Notes: generated by a model not told the origin, from the sequence alone. Counted from the stretch's first letter, positions 48,435 to 58,141 are shown. The stretch: DNA of 64,000 nt from Candidatus Levyibacteriota bacterium (GCA_029260905.1 JAJDCH010000002.1:79546-143545); one strand, 5' to 3'. Numbers and translations: made by a program.

Positions 48435-49783
48435 AAAATTTCAGTCTTGCCCTTTTGACTGTAATAATAGTAACCTCTTTTTCCGTTCTTGTTAATCTCA
48501 TTGCTCCTTTTAAAATCAATCTTGGATTTCTAAGCTACAATCATCAGGGAATTGATTTAAATTTTATTCCATTTGTAAATACTACAAGAGGTTTTGATTT
48601 CAAAAGGGGTCTTGATCTTGAGGGTGGAACCAGCATTACGCTTCAGGCAGACATGAAAGATATTCCCGATGATCAGAGGGAAAATGCTCTTGATTCTGCA
48701 AAGTCTGTTATAGAAAAAAGAATTAACTTCTTTGGTGTTTCTGAGCCGGTAGTTCAAACAGCAAAGACAAATGATGATTATCGGATAATTGCAGAGATAC
48801 CGGGTGTAACAGATGTAAATCAAGCCGTAAAGCTTATCGGAACAACTGCCAAGCTGGAGTTTTGGGAGATTGATCCTTTTTTTGATCCTAACGAGTCACT
48901 TAATGTTGCAAGTAGCTCTGCAATTCCCGCCTCAATCTTAAGAGAACTTGGACCTGGTGCAAAAAAAACAGACTTAACTGGTGCAGATCTTAAAAATTCA
49001 AGTGTTGCATTTAGCCAGCAGACAGGAGAGCCTGAGGTGCAATTGGAATTTACGAAAGATGGCGCGGAAAAATTTGCAGATATAACGAGTAGAAACGTAG
49101 GAGGCATTCTTGCAATAACACTTGATGATGAAGTAATCCAAGCCCCACGTGTGAATCAAGCAATTTTTGGAGGACAAGCAGTAATAACTGGAAGCTACAC
49201 AACCGATCAGGCCAAAAATTTTCAGATTCAGCTTAATGCAGGTGCTTTGCCTGTGTCTCTTTCAGTTCTTGAGCAAAGAGCAACAGGTCCAAGTCTTGGT
49301 CAGAATTCAATTGAAAAAAGCTTGATTGCTGGAATCATTGGCCTTTTGATTGTTATAGTATTTATGATTATAATTTATGGAATCCAGGGATTTGTTGCGA
49401 GTCTTGCCCTTATAATTTATACATTTATTGTTCTTGCGATTTTCAAGCTGGTTCCTGTTACGTTAACACTTGCAGGTATTGCTGGTTTTATACTCTCAAT
49501 AGGAGTCGCAGTTGATGCCAACATCTTGATTTTTGAAAGAATGAAAGAAGAATTGGCAAAGGGAAGATCAAAGGAAGCAGCAATTGAGATTGGTTTTACA
49601 CGTGCATGGCCATCAATCAAGGATTCAAATGTTGCAAGCCTTATCACAAGCTTTGTTCTTTACCAGTTTGGAACGCCAATTGTCAGAGGATTTGCGATAA
49701 CTCTTGCAATTGGAGTCATGGTCTCAATGTTTTCAGCAATTACCGTGACGAGGGTGTTACTACGCATTTTTTATAGGAGTTAA
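48431..49783 (+). CDS. secD: protein translocase subunit SecD
   Basis: LDLEGGTSITLQA and 6 C-terminal TM helices. Confidence 0.85.
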   Translation: MKNFSLALLTVIIVTSFSVLVNLIAPFKINLGFLSYNHQGIDLNFIPFVNTTRGFDFKRGLDLEGGTSITLQADMKDIPDDQRENALDSAKSVIEKRINFFGVSEPVVQTAKTNDDYRIIAEIPGVTDVNQAVKLIGTTAKLEFWEIDPFFDPNESLNVASSSAIPASILRELGPGAKKTDLTGADLKNSSVAFSQQTGEPEVQLEFTKDGAEKFADITSRNVGGILAITLDDEVIQAPRVNQAIFGGQAVITGSYTTDQAKNFQIQLNAGALPVSLSVLEQRATGPSLGQNSIEKSLIAGIIGLLIVIVFMIIIYGIQGFVASLALIIYTFIVLAIFKLVPVTLTLAGIAGFILSIGVAVDANILIFERMKEELAKGRSKEAAIEIGFTRAWPSIKDSNVASLITSFVLYQFGTPIVRGFAITLAIGVMVSMFSAITVTRVLLRIFYRS

Positions 49784-49786
49784 TTT

Positions 49787-50695
49787 ATGTTAAATATTAT
49801 TGGAAAAAGAAATGTATATTTTTTAATTTCACTTCTGGTTATAATACCAGGCATCATCTCGCTTTTTGTTTTTGGACTGAAGCTCTCAATTGATTTTACG
49901 GGAGGTACAAGAATGAGTCTTCTTTTTCCAGAAAAGGTAAATGAGAGAACTATTGATCAAGTCGAGAGTGCATTTGAGAAAGAAGGTACAGACATTGTTA
50001 GTATGCAACCATCTGATAATAGACTAATTCTGAGGACAAAGCCGATTGATGAGAAAAAGAATGCTCAAATTGTTGAAAGTATTAAGGTATCAGCTGGTAA
50101 GCTTACGCAGGAAGAATTCGCAACAATTGGTCCAACAATTGGAAAAGAAACAACTTTAAATGCATTTTATACGATATTACTTGCATCAACGTTGATAGTT
50201 CTTTATATTGCTTTTTCATTTCGATCTGTCCCAAAACCAACAAGTAGCTGGAAGTTTGGTGTTGTGACAATTGCCGCCCTTGTCCATGATGTTTTACTTG
50301 TGGTTGGAGTATTTTCAATACTTGGACATTTTCTGCAAGTGGAGGTGGATGGTCTATTTGTTACAGCAATTCTGACAGTTATCGGTTTTTCAGTTCATGA
50401 TACAATCGTTGTTTTTGACAGAATTAGGGAAAATCTCAGAAGATATGTGGGCGTGCCATTTGCTGAAGTGGTCAACAATTCAATAGTTGAGACAATTGTC
50501 AGATCATTAAACACCTCTCTAACTTCTATTTTGGTTCTTTTGACGCTTTTTCTTTTTGGTGGTGAAAGTATCAGATGGTTTGTTGGCGCGCTTCTTATTG
50601 GAATGATCAGTGGTACTTACTCATCTATCTTTAATGCTGCGCCAATTTTAGTTGTCTGGCAAGAGTGGGAGGAGAAGAAAAGAAACAAGAAGTAG
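49787..50695 (+). CDS. secF: protein translocase subunit SecF
   Basis: LSIDFTGGT motif. 302 aa. Confidence 0.85.
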   Translation: MLNIIGKRNVYFLISLLVIIPGIISLFVFGLKLSIDFTGGTRMSLLFPEKVNERTIDQVESAFEKEGTDIVSMQPSDNRLILRTKPIDEKKNAQIVESIKVSAGKLTQEEFATIGPTIGKETTLNAFYTILLASTLIVLYIAFSFRSVPKPTSSWKFGVVTIAALVHDVLLVVGVFSILGHFLQVEVDGLFVTAILTVIGFSVHDTIVVFDRIRENLRRYVGVPFAEVVNNSIVETIVRSLNTSLTSILVLLTLFLFGGESIRWFVGALLIGMISGTYSSIFNAAPILVVWQEWEEKKRNKK

Positions 50696-50697
50696 GA

Positions 50698-51156
50698 TTA
50701 AGATTTAAGATCAAGTTTTTCTTTTACCAATCTACTTACCAAGCCTCCATCTGCTTTGCCTTTTACTTTTGGCATTAGCGTACCCATGACTTTTCCTATA
50801 TCTGCAGCAGAGCTTGCGCCTGTTGCTGCTATTGCTTCATCCACTAGCCTTACAACTTCGTCATCTCCCATCTGTTTAGGTAAATACTTTTCAAGAATAG
50901 CTATTTCTTTTTCTTCTTTTTCAACCAATTCTTCTCTTCCTGCAGATTTGAATTGTTCGATTGAGTCTCTATGCTGCTTGGCTTCTTTTTGTACGACAGC
51001 CAGCACTTCATCATCAGTTGCTATGTATCCCGCGCCGCCTTTTTGGGTTTCAAAATAACCGATTGCAGATATTACCATGCGCAGAACCGAAGTCTTTTCA
51101 GTGTCTCTTGCCAGCATTGCCTGTTTTAACTCATCTCTGATCTGATCTTTTAACAT
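50698..51156 (-). CDS. yqeY: GatB/YqeY domain protein
   Basis: 152 aa, LKQAMLARDTEKTSVLRMVISAI. Confidence 0.75.
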   Translation of the reverse strand: MLKDQIRDELKQAMLARDTEKTSVLRMVISAIGYFETQKGGAGYIATDDEVLAVVQKEAKQHRDSIEQFKSAGREELVEKEEKEIAILEKYLPKQMGDDEVVRLVDEAIAATGASSAADIGKVMGTLMPKVKGKADGGLVSRLVKEKLDLKS

Positions 51157-51220
51157 AATCTAATTATACAATAAGTTGATCATGAAGCAAGAGACACAAA
51201 TTAATAGTTACAATTTATCT

Positions 51221-51248
51221 ATGTCCAGTATACAGGTATACTGGACAT
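51221..51248. repeat. perfect 28-bp palindrome (13-bp arms, 2-nt centre)
   Basis: ATGTCCAGTATAC-AG-GTATACTGGACAT. No T-run on either side, so it looks more like an operator than a terminator. Confidence 0.9.
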
Positions 51249-51644
51249 ATTATCTCAATAGATTAGTATGGAGTTGGAGCTTATTGTTAATAGGGCTGGA
51301 AAATTTGCAGAGCTTGTTGTAGAGTACTTTTTTTATGCCAGAGCTAACCAAAGGGATGTCACCAAAATTAATAGAGCGCGCGGCTAGATGGAGAAGTCTA
51401 GAGTCGCAAATCGGACAAGCAAGTACTAATTAAGGATGTCTTCCGAGTCTTACTTTGGGTACAATAAGAAATTTGTTTGGAATAGATCCAGCAGAGGTAA
51501 GAGAGAGAATTAGAAATGGAACTCTTAAGACAGTTGTTGGAGCGCTACACAGAATCCCAGTAGCAGAGTTTAATAGAAGTGGCGGGCCTGGGAATTGGAG
51601 ACTTCGCGGCCTAACACTCGAGGAGAGTAGAAGCGCTCAGCCGT

Positions 51645-53024
51645 TTAGGCAATCTGCTTAACCCTTTTTAATAAATACTCTTTATTATTCTTCTCCAGAT
51701 CCTCATCAACTTCCTCAAATAATTTTTGAAGAATTGTGCCGATTTGAGGACTTGGTTTGATATTTAGTTCTTTCATGACATCTCGTCCATCTATTGCCAG
51801 ATCAGTAATTGAGAAAGGAGCAGGAGCTAGTTGTTCCTCAACTCTTTTTTTAAAAAGCTTGAGTCTCCAGCTTTCTGCTGTTTGAGTACCACCTCCCAGT
51901 CTGTCGCCAACTCTCAGATCCATCATATCCGCTACATTTTCTACACCAATCCTTCTTATGAAGCGTCTGATGGCAGCATCAGTTATATTTTCATCAACAG
52001 TGAACATATGCCAGCGGATAAGGGTTACCACTTTGTTTCTATCTTTTTTGGAGAACTTCAGCCTCTCACAAATATCATAAGCTATTTTGGCGCCAAAGAC
52101 CTCGTGATTGTGAAAGATAACAAGCCCGTCTTTATCAGTTGATGCTGATTTTGGTTTGCCGATATCATGAATGAGTGTTGCAAATCTGACAATTGGATCT
52201 TTAGAGCTGCAATGCTTTAGAGATAAGACATTGTGAGTAAAGACATCATCTTTGTGATGACGGCCTGGACGTTCTTGTGAGACACCAATCCCATCAATCA
52301 GTTCAGGGACGATATGTCTTAGAAGATTGGTGTTCTTAAGAAGCATGATGCCCTCATACGGATAATTACTTGCAAGAATTTTAAGAAGTTCATCACGGAT
52401 TCTTTCACGGGATATTTCTGATAATAAACCTGAATCGTTTATGATTTCTTTTAATGTTTTCTCATCAACTTCAAATCCTAATTGCGATGCAAATCTGATT
52501 GCCCGCATCAATCTGAGCGCATCCTCTTTAAATCTAAGTGAGGGATCACCCACTGCTTTTATTATTTTATTTTTTAGATCAGTTTGTCCGTCAAAAGGAT
52601 CAATCATGCTTTTTGTTATTGGTTCTTGGTTCTTGGATAGGTTGAGGGCCATTGCATTGATTGTAAAATCGCGTCTTTCGAGATCTTCTTCTATTGTTTT
52701 TCCCCATTCAACTTTTTTTGGATGACGTCTATCTTTATAGTCTTTTTCAGTTCTAAATGTCGTTATTTCTACAAGCCCTTTGTGTTCTGTCTCTTGGATG
52801 TCAGGTGTTTTAATACCCACAGTACCAAAGTTATTTTCGTAAACAGAATCAGGAAATAATTTTTGTATTTCAGTTGGTGTTGCATTGGTTGTCATATCCC
52901 AATCAGTGACTGCTTGATTAAGAATAATACTTCTTACACTGCCACCTACCAGGTAGATTTCAAACCCCTGATCAGTAAATTTCTTTGCAATATCAATAAT
53001 GTGGGCTGGTATTTTGTCTATCAT
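51645..53024 (-). CDS. cca: CCA-adding tRNA nucleotidyltransferase with HD domain
   Basis: GFEIYLVGGSVRS...DWD and an HD domain (HDIGK). Confidence 0.85.
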   Translation of the reverse strand: MIDKIPAHIIDIAKKFTDQGFEIYLVGGSVRSIILNQAVTDWDMTTNATPTEIQKLFPDSVYENNFGTVGIKTPDIQETEHKGLVEITTFRTEKDYKDRRHPKKVEWGKTIEEDLERRDFTINAMALNLSKNQEPITKSMIDPFDGQTDLKNKIIKAVGDPSLRFKEDALRLMRAIRFASQLGFEVDEKTLKEIINDSGLLSEISRERIRDELLKILASNYPYEGIMLLKNTNLLRHIVPELIDGIGVSQERPGRHHKDDVFTHNVLSLKHCSSKDPIVRFATLIHDIGKPKSASTDKDGLVIFHNHEVFGAKIAYDICERLKFSKKDRNKVVTLIRWHMFTVDENITDAAIRRFIRRIGVENVADMMDLRVGDRLGGGTQTAESWRLKLFKKRVEEQLAPAPFSITDLAIDGRDVMKELNIKPSPQIGTILQKLFEEVDEDLEKNNKEYLLKRVKQIA

Positions 53025-53041
53025 CTTTGTTATAGTATATC

Positions 53042-54739
53042 ATGTCAAAAATGATGAAAAAATGGGAAGTTCTCAGCCAATTCAGAATTCAGAATTCAGA
53101 ATTCAGAATCAATAATTTGATAGAAATTCTTTTAAAGAACAGAAATATAAAAACAAAAAAAGAAACAGAAGAATTTTTAAATCCTGATCTGGACTTGGTT
53201 ACTCCAAAGTCAGTTGGTATTGATGAGCTGCAGCTTGAGAAAGCGCTAAAGAGAATAGAAAAGGCGGTAAAGAAGAAAGAACAGATTGTTGTTTTTGGTG
53301 ATTATGATGTAGACGGAATTACGGGATCTGCAATTCTCTGGGAAAAACTTTATGAAATGGGTGCCAAGGTGCTTCCTTATATACCACACAGGGTTGATGA
53401 GGGATACGGCCTTTCTTCGAAAGGAATTTCCAATCTCCAATCACAAATCTCAAATGTTTCATTGATTATTACAACTGATAATGGGATTGTTGCTCAGGAT
53501 GCTGTTGATTTTGCCAATTCAAAGGGAATTGATGTCATAATTACTGACCATCATGTTGCCGATAAGAAATTGCCTGATGCTTATGCGATTGTTCATACTA
53601 CAAATCTCTGTGGCGCAGGGGTCGCGTATCTGCTTTCCAAAGAGCTAAAATCCAAGAGTCAACCTCGCCGAGATCCAAGAACCAAAGATGATAATCATCT
53701 CGAACTTGCGGCTCTTGGGACAATTGCTGACCTTGTACCCCTGACTGGTGCTAATCGGGCAATTGTAAAAAACGGACTTGAAAAGTTATGTAAAACAAAA
53801 AGGCCTGGGCTGATGGAATTATTTAAGCAAGCTGGTATTGATAGAGAAATATTTACAACGTATGAGGTTGGATATTTGATATGTCCTCGTCTGAATGCAA
53901 CAGGAAGGATAGGGTCGGCAATGGATAGTCTGAGGCTTCTTTGTACAAATGACAGAAATCGTGCTGAGAGTTTGGCAGAAAAATTAGAGCTCATAAATAA
54001 AGAAAGACAGATGATGATGAGAGATCAAGTATTACAGGCAATTGAAGAGACAAGAGATAAGAAACAGGAGGCAAAAAGTTTATTGTTTGCTGCAAGTAAA
54101 AATTATAATCAAGGCGTGATTGGACTTATTGCAGGAAAGCTGGTTGAGAAGTTTTATCGCCCTGCAATTGTTTTATCAGTTGGAGAAATATACACTAAGG
54201 CATCAGCAAGGTCTGTAAGCGGATTTAATTTGATTGAATTCTTAAGGTCTTTTGAGAAGCATTTTATTAATGTCGGAGGACATCCCATGGCGGCAGGGTT
54301 TACTATTGAGACAAAAAAATTAGACAGTTTTCAAAAAGCACTAGAGCAAAAAGCAGAAGAAATAATTGATGAAGATATATTAAAAAGAAAGTTAAAAATT
54401 GACTGTGAGCTTGAGTTTCCATACATTGATACATCACTTCATAAAGCAATACAAAATCTTTCACCTTTTGGTATGGGAAATCCAGAGCCTGTTTTTATGA
54501 CAAAAGGAGTTGAGATAAAAAACGTCAAGACTGTTGGAGCGCTTGGAAAACATTTGAAGCTTGAATTAGGAATTAGGGATAAGGAATTGTGGATTGATGC
54601 GATTGCGTTTGGTTTGGGTGAGGATTTTGCTGATCTCAAAATAGGTGACATCATTGACATCGTCTACACAATCGATGAAAATACATGGAACGGCAATACA
54701 AAACTGCAGTTAAAGGTGAGGGATATAAAAGATGAATAA
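53042..54739 (+). CDS. recJ: single-stranded-DNA-specific exonuclease RecJ
   Basis: DHH motifs VVFGDYDVDGITGSAIL and ITDHH, plus a DHHA1 C-domain. Confidence 0.85.
   Translation: MSKMMKKWEVLSQFRIQNSEFRINNLIEILLKNRNIKTKKETEEFLNPDLDLVTPKSVGIDELQLEKALKRIEKAVKKKEQIVVFGDYDVDGITGSAILWEKLYEMGAKVLPYIPHRVDEGYGLSSKGISNLQSQISNVSLIITTDNGIVAQDAVDFANSKGIDVIITDHHVADKKLPDAYAIVHTTNLCGAGVAYLLSKELKSKSQPRRDPRTKDDNHLELAALGTIADLVPLTGANRAIVKNGLEKLCKTKRPGLMELFKQAGIDREIFTTYEVGYLICPRLNATGRIGSAMDSLRLLCTNDRNRAESLAEKLELINKERQMMMRDQVLQAIEETRDKKQEAKSLLFAASKNYNQGVIGLIAGKLVEKFYRPAIVLSVGEIYTKASARSVSGFNLIEFLRSFEKHFINVGGHPMAAGFTIETKKLDSFQKALEQKAEEIIDEDILKRKLKIDCELEFPYIDTSLHKAIQNLSPFGMGNPEPVFMTKGVEIKNVKTVGALGKHLKLELGIRDKELWIDAIAFGLGEDFADLKIGDIIDIVYTIDENTWNGNTKLQLKVRDIKDE
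53079..53113 (+). repeat. heptanucleotide tandem repeat (AATTCAG) x4 plus one degenerate copy inside the recJ 5' coding region
   Basis: aattcag aattcag aattcag aattcag aatcaat, 37-72 nt downstream of the recJ ATG. Confidence 0.9.
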
Positions 54740-55196
54740 AATAAGATTTACCAAAGAAGGGTATGAGAAGTTGAAAGAAGAATACAACGAGCTTCTTCGT
54801 AAAAGGCCAATGGTGATTGAAGATCTTCAAAAGGCTCGTGAGATGGGAGATCTTTCTGAAAATGGATACTATAAAGCATCAAAAAGTAAACTTTCATTTG
54901 TTGATGGGCAGTTAAGACGTTTTTCGGATTATCTCAAACGAGCAGAAGTTGTTGATAATGATGGAACAAATCATCCGATTGACAGTGTGTATATTGGATC
55001 AGAGGTAACACTAACTGATGGACAAAGAGAAAAAACTTATCAGATTGTTGGCGATATGGAAGCAGAGCCAAGCGTTGGAAAATTATCGCTTTTATCACCT
55101 GTTGGTCGTGCAATTGTCGGGAAGTCTCTTGATCAGGAAGTGGAGATAGAAACACCAGCAGGAAAGTTTAAGTATAAAATAATAAATATAAAATAA
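54732..55196 (+). CDS. greA: transcription elongation factor GreA
   Basis: FTKEGYEKLKEEYNEL... MGDLSENGYY. Confidence 0.85.
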   Translation: MNKIRFTKEGYEKLKEEYNELLRKRPMVIEDLQKAREMGDLSENGYYKASKSKLSFVDGQLRRFSDYLKRAEVVDNDGTNHPIDSVYIGSEVTLTDGQREKTYQIVGDMEAEPSVGKLSLLSPVGRAIVGKSLDQEVEIETPAGKFKYKIINIK

Positions 55197-56870
55197 TTAA
55201 TTTCGTTCTTGAATGTAGGATAAGTGTTTTTCTTTTTCTTCCTCAAATTGTTTTAGATCTGTTTCATGCTTGAGAATCATATTTATTGTATGTTGCGCAC
55301 CGATATAGTGAGGCATTACCACGTAGCTTGCTCCAGCTTCATATAGTTCTTCTGCATCAGTTGTAGTTTGGGAAAGCGCTATGATGACTGCTTTCTTATT
55401 GACTCGTCTTATTGTTTTAGTAAGAATGATATTTGTTTTCAGATCAGGTAGGGTTGAGACTGAGAGCTTAATACTATCAAGATTTAAATCTGTTAAGAAT
55501 TCAGTATCTTCTGCATCACCAAAAACATAAGGGATATTTTTATTTTTTAATCTCTCGATTGATTCTGGATTGAAGTCCACGACAAGAAAGGAATTTCCAA
55601 GTTTTTTAAAAGCAGATATATAGTCAGCGCCTACTCTGTCATATCCGAAAAGAAGAAAATTATACTTTTCATTTTTACTGCCTTTTCCTGGATTTTTTTC
55701 TAATTCAAGAAGCCTTAGTAGCCACTCGACCTTTTTATAAAGATGATCTGCATAGAGAATAAAATAAGTTGATCCTGCAATTGTGATAAGACCTACAATT
55801 GTAATGATGGATAATACTTCTTGAGATATGTGTCCAACCCGAAAGCCAAGAGCAGCAAGGATTAGTGAAAATTCACTGATTTGTGCTACAGTTAGGCCTG
55901 TCATAAAACCAGTTTTGCTTTTATGACCCATGAGGTTCATGAGAACAATTACTATAAATGGATTTCCGATAAGAACAAAAAGCGAAAGAATAATAGATGG
56001 TATAAGAATGGTAGATGCATTTTCAAGAACAAGTTGAGATCCAAGAAGAACAAAGAAAAGAACAATGAAAAAATCTCTTAGAGGCTTGAGACGAGCGCCA
56101 ATTTCATAAGAAAAGGGGGTAAGTGAAAGAGTGACGCCTGCAATTAGTGCCCCTATCTCCATTGAAAGATTAAGTGTATAAAAAAGTCCGGCGAGCGCAA
56201 CACCCCAACTGATTGAAAAAAGAAAAAGAATCTCCTGCGAGCCTGCTAGAAATTTGCTAAGTTTTGGTATCACATAAACACTAACTATGTATAGAGAAAT
56301 AAATACCAAAAACCCTTTTAGTAAAAGCAATCCAGTAAGATCAAAAAAGTTCTGACTTGTTGCTCCTGTAAGTGATGAAACAAAAAGAAGAATAAGTGTG
56401 GCGACAATATCTTGAACAATCAAGAACCCAACTGCTATTTTTCCGTACAGCTTATTGAGATCCCCTCTGTCAGATAGGAGCTTTAGAACTATGATAGTAC
56501 TGCTAAATGTAAGCGCGATTGCAAGATACATTGCAGCAATCCGTTCAATTCCCAGAAAAATCGCAATTGAAAACCCAATCAGAGTAGTAAAAATAATTTG
56601 TCCAAGGCCTCCAACAAGGGAAACTTTACCAACCTCTTTTATGATTTTGGGGCTAAGACTCAGACCAACAATAAAAAGAAGAATAGTTATTCCTAGTTTG
56701 GAAAAAAGTTCTATGTGCTCTGTGGAGTGAAGAATATTAAGAAAATATGGTCCAGCCGCAATTCCAGCTAGTATATATCCAACAATAAGAGGCTGTCTGA
56801 GAATACGCATCAAAATTGCAGAAAATGTCGCAAGAACAAGAAGTAATCCAACCTCAACAAAAATCTCCAT
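55197..56870 (-). CDS. CPA2-family cation/proton antiporter with C-terminal RCK/TrkA-N domain (Kef-type)
   Basis: 557 aa, ~12 TM helices plus GYDRVGADY Rossmann segment. Confidence 0.75.
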   Translation of the reverse strand: MEIFVEVGLLLVLATFSAILMRILRQPLIVGYILAGIAAGPYFLNILHSTEHIELFSKLGITILLFIVGLSLSPKIIKEVGKVSLVGGLGQIIFTTLIGFSIAIFLGIERIAAMYLAIALTFSSTIIVLKLLSDRGDLNKLYGKIAVGFLIVQDIVATLILLFVSSLTGATSQNFFDLTGLLLLKGFLVFISLYIVSVYVIPKLSKFLAGSQEILFLFSISWGVALAGLFYTLNLSMEIGALIAGVTLSLTPFSYEIGARLKPLRDFFIVLFFVLLGSQLVLENASTILIPSIILSLFVLIGNPFIVIVLMNLMGHKSKTGFMTGLTVAQISEFSLILAALGFRVGHISQEVLSIITIVGLITIAGSTYFILYADHLYKKVEWLLRLLELEKNPGKGSKNEKYNFLLFGYDRVGADYISAFKKLGNSFLVVDFNPESIERLKNKNIPYVFGDAEDTEFLTDLNLDSIKLSVSTLPDLKTNIILTKTIRRVNKKAVIIALSQTTTDAEELYEAGASYVVMPHYIGAQHTINMILKHETDLKQFEEEKEKHLSYIQERN

Positions 56871-56924
56871 TGTTATAGTTTACAACAATTATCTAAGCCT
56901 TGTCATTCGTGTTAAAATATCCAG

Positions 56925-57695
56925 GTGAAGAAAGTAGTAAAAATTTATAAGCCAATTGGTCAGACACCTCTCCAAGCAATTAATGAATTTAGACAAAATA
57001 ACCCAGAATATAAAGATATCAAAATCGGAATCGCCGGACGGCTTGATCCACTAGCGTATGGAGTACTGCTTCTGATGATTGGAGCGGAAACAAAAAATAG
57101 AGATAAATACCTAAGTCTTGATAAGGAGTATGAGTTTGAAGTTTTATTCGGAATCTCAACCGATACTTACGACGTGCTTGGTTTAATAAACAATGTAACA
57201 ATTGGGCAATTGAACAATTTTTTTAGCTCTTCACAGAACTTGAAGAAAAAAATAAAGCTATTTATTAAATCCAAACTCGGTAAACAAACTCAAGCTTATC
57301 CATCGTATTCATCAAAGGAGGTTCTGGGTAAGCCGCTTTTTCAATGGGCAAGGGAGGGGAGGCTTGGAGAAATAGAGATCCCGGATAAAAAAGTTGAGAT
57401 ATATAAATTTGAATTGCTGGATATTAAAAATGTAGCTACATTAAAAATCCGAAAGAAAATGTTTGAGAATATTGGTAAAGTCAGTGGCGACTTCCGCCAG
57501 GAAGAAATTATCAAAAAATGGGAAGATTTTTTTCAAAACAATAAAGATCAAGTATTTATTACGGCACGATTTAGAATTTCCTGCTCAAGCGGCACTTATG
57601 TTAGAAGTCTGGCAAATGAAATGGGTGAAAAATTTGGCAGTGGCGCAATTGCGATTGATATTTTAAGAACAAAAGTTGGAGATAATAAATTTTGA
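56925..57695 (+). CDS. truB: tRNA pseudouridine55 synthase
   Basis: GIAGRLDPLAYGVLLLMIGAETK. 256 aa. Confidence 0.85.
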   Translation: MKKVVKIYKPIGQTPLQAINEFRQNNPEYKDIKIGIAGRLDPLAYGVLLLMIGAETKNRDKYLSLDKEYEFEVLFGISTDTYDVLGLINNVTIGQLNNFFSSSQNLKKKIKLFIKSKLGKQTQAYPSYSSKEVLGKPLFQWAREGRLGEIEIPDKKVEIYKFELLDIKNVATLKIRKKMFENIGKVSGDFRQEEIIKKWEDFFQNNKDQVFITARFRISCSSGTYVRSLANEMGEKFGSGAIAIDILRTKVGDNKF

Positions 57696-57711
57696 TCCGG
57701 GACTTGGATTC
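57693..57711. repeat. 19-bp direct repeat copy 1 (duplicate of the tRNA-Gln 3' end)
   Basis: tgatccgggacttggattc is identical to 58069-58087. It begins at the truB stop codon. Confidence 0.9.
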
Positions 57712-57733
57712 CCTTCGATTCCTCAGAGTAAAC

Positions 57734-57952
57734 TCACATGTTCAAACCATTTGCCAAGATCACTTCAGCATACTCAGTACATGTATTAATACCAAGTTTT
57801 CCATCAACTAGCATTTGCTTCTTTGCTCTAGACCATCCTTTAATTTGCTGTTCACGCTTAGCTGCTTCTAATTTAGAACTATATCGCTCGCAATAAATTA
57901 ATTCTAGATGAGAAAATTTTTTAGTAAAAAATGACTGCTTGTTGCGTGTTGA
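57734..57952 (-). pseudogene. GIY-YIG nuclease family gene remnant (C-terminal ~70 codons, no start codon)
   Basis: Minus-strand frame gives ...ELIYCERYSSKLEAAKREQQIKGWSRAKKQMLVDGKLGINTCTEYAEVILANGLNM*. This matches the conserved C-terminal block of small GIY-YIG proteins. An in-frame stop precedes it and no ATG is present. Confidence 0.5.
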
Positions 57953-58068
57953 TTATATCTATTAATTAAATCGTTTGTAATTCCTAAATAAAATATTTTC
58001 TCATCGCAAAGAAGCATATAAACAAACCACATATATTAAAACCTGTGCTTGCACTGAGCTTGCCGAAG

Positions 58069-58087
58069 TGATCCGGGACTTGGATTC
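58069..58087. repeat. 19-bp direct repeat copy 2 (within the tRNA-Gln 3' end)
   Basis: Identical to 57693-57711. Confidence 0.9.
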
Positions 58088-58141
58088 GAACCAAGATGAG
58101 CAGATTCAGAGTCTGCTATCCTACCATTAGATGATCCCGGA
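58071..58141 (-). tRNA. tRNA-Gln (anticodon CUG)
   Basis: Manual fold: acceptor UCCGGGA/UCCCGGA (U1-A72), D-stem AUCU/GGAU, anticodon stem GCAGA/UCUGC with loop CUCUGAA, T-stem CUUGG/CCAAG with loop UUCGAAU. CCA is not encoded. Confidence 0.85.

Noticed and set aside
51290-51660. Firm tmRNA or RNase P RNA annotation
   Set aside because: There is only a partial resume-codon-like match (UAGAGUCGCAAAU). No T-arm (GGUUCGAAUCC), no 5'/3' acceptor pairing, no RNase P P4 blocks (GGAAAGUCCGG / ACAGAANCCGGCUUA). It cannot be supported without a covariance-model search.
51455-51661. 68-aa ORF in the yqeY-cca gap
   Set aside because: Same reasoning: a Gly/Arg/Trp-rich product with no RBS. It overlaps the cca 3' end.
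53079-53113. CRISPR array
   Set aside because: Only 7-nt tandem units without spacers, and no other repeat-spacer structures anywhere in the window.
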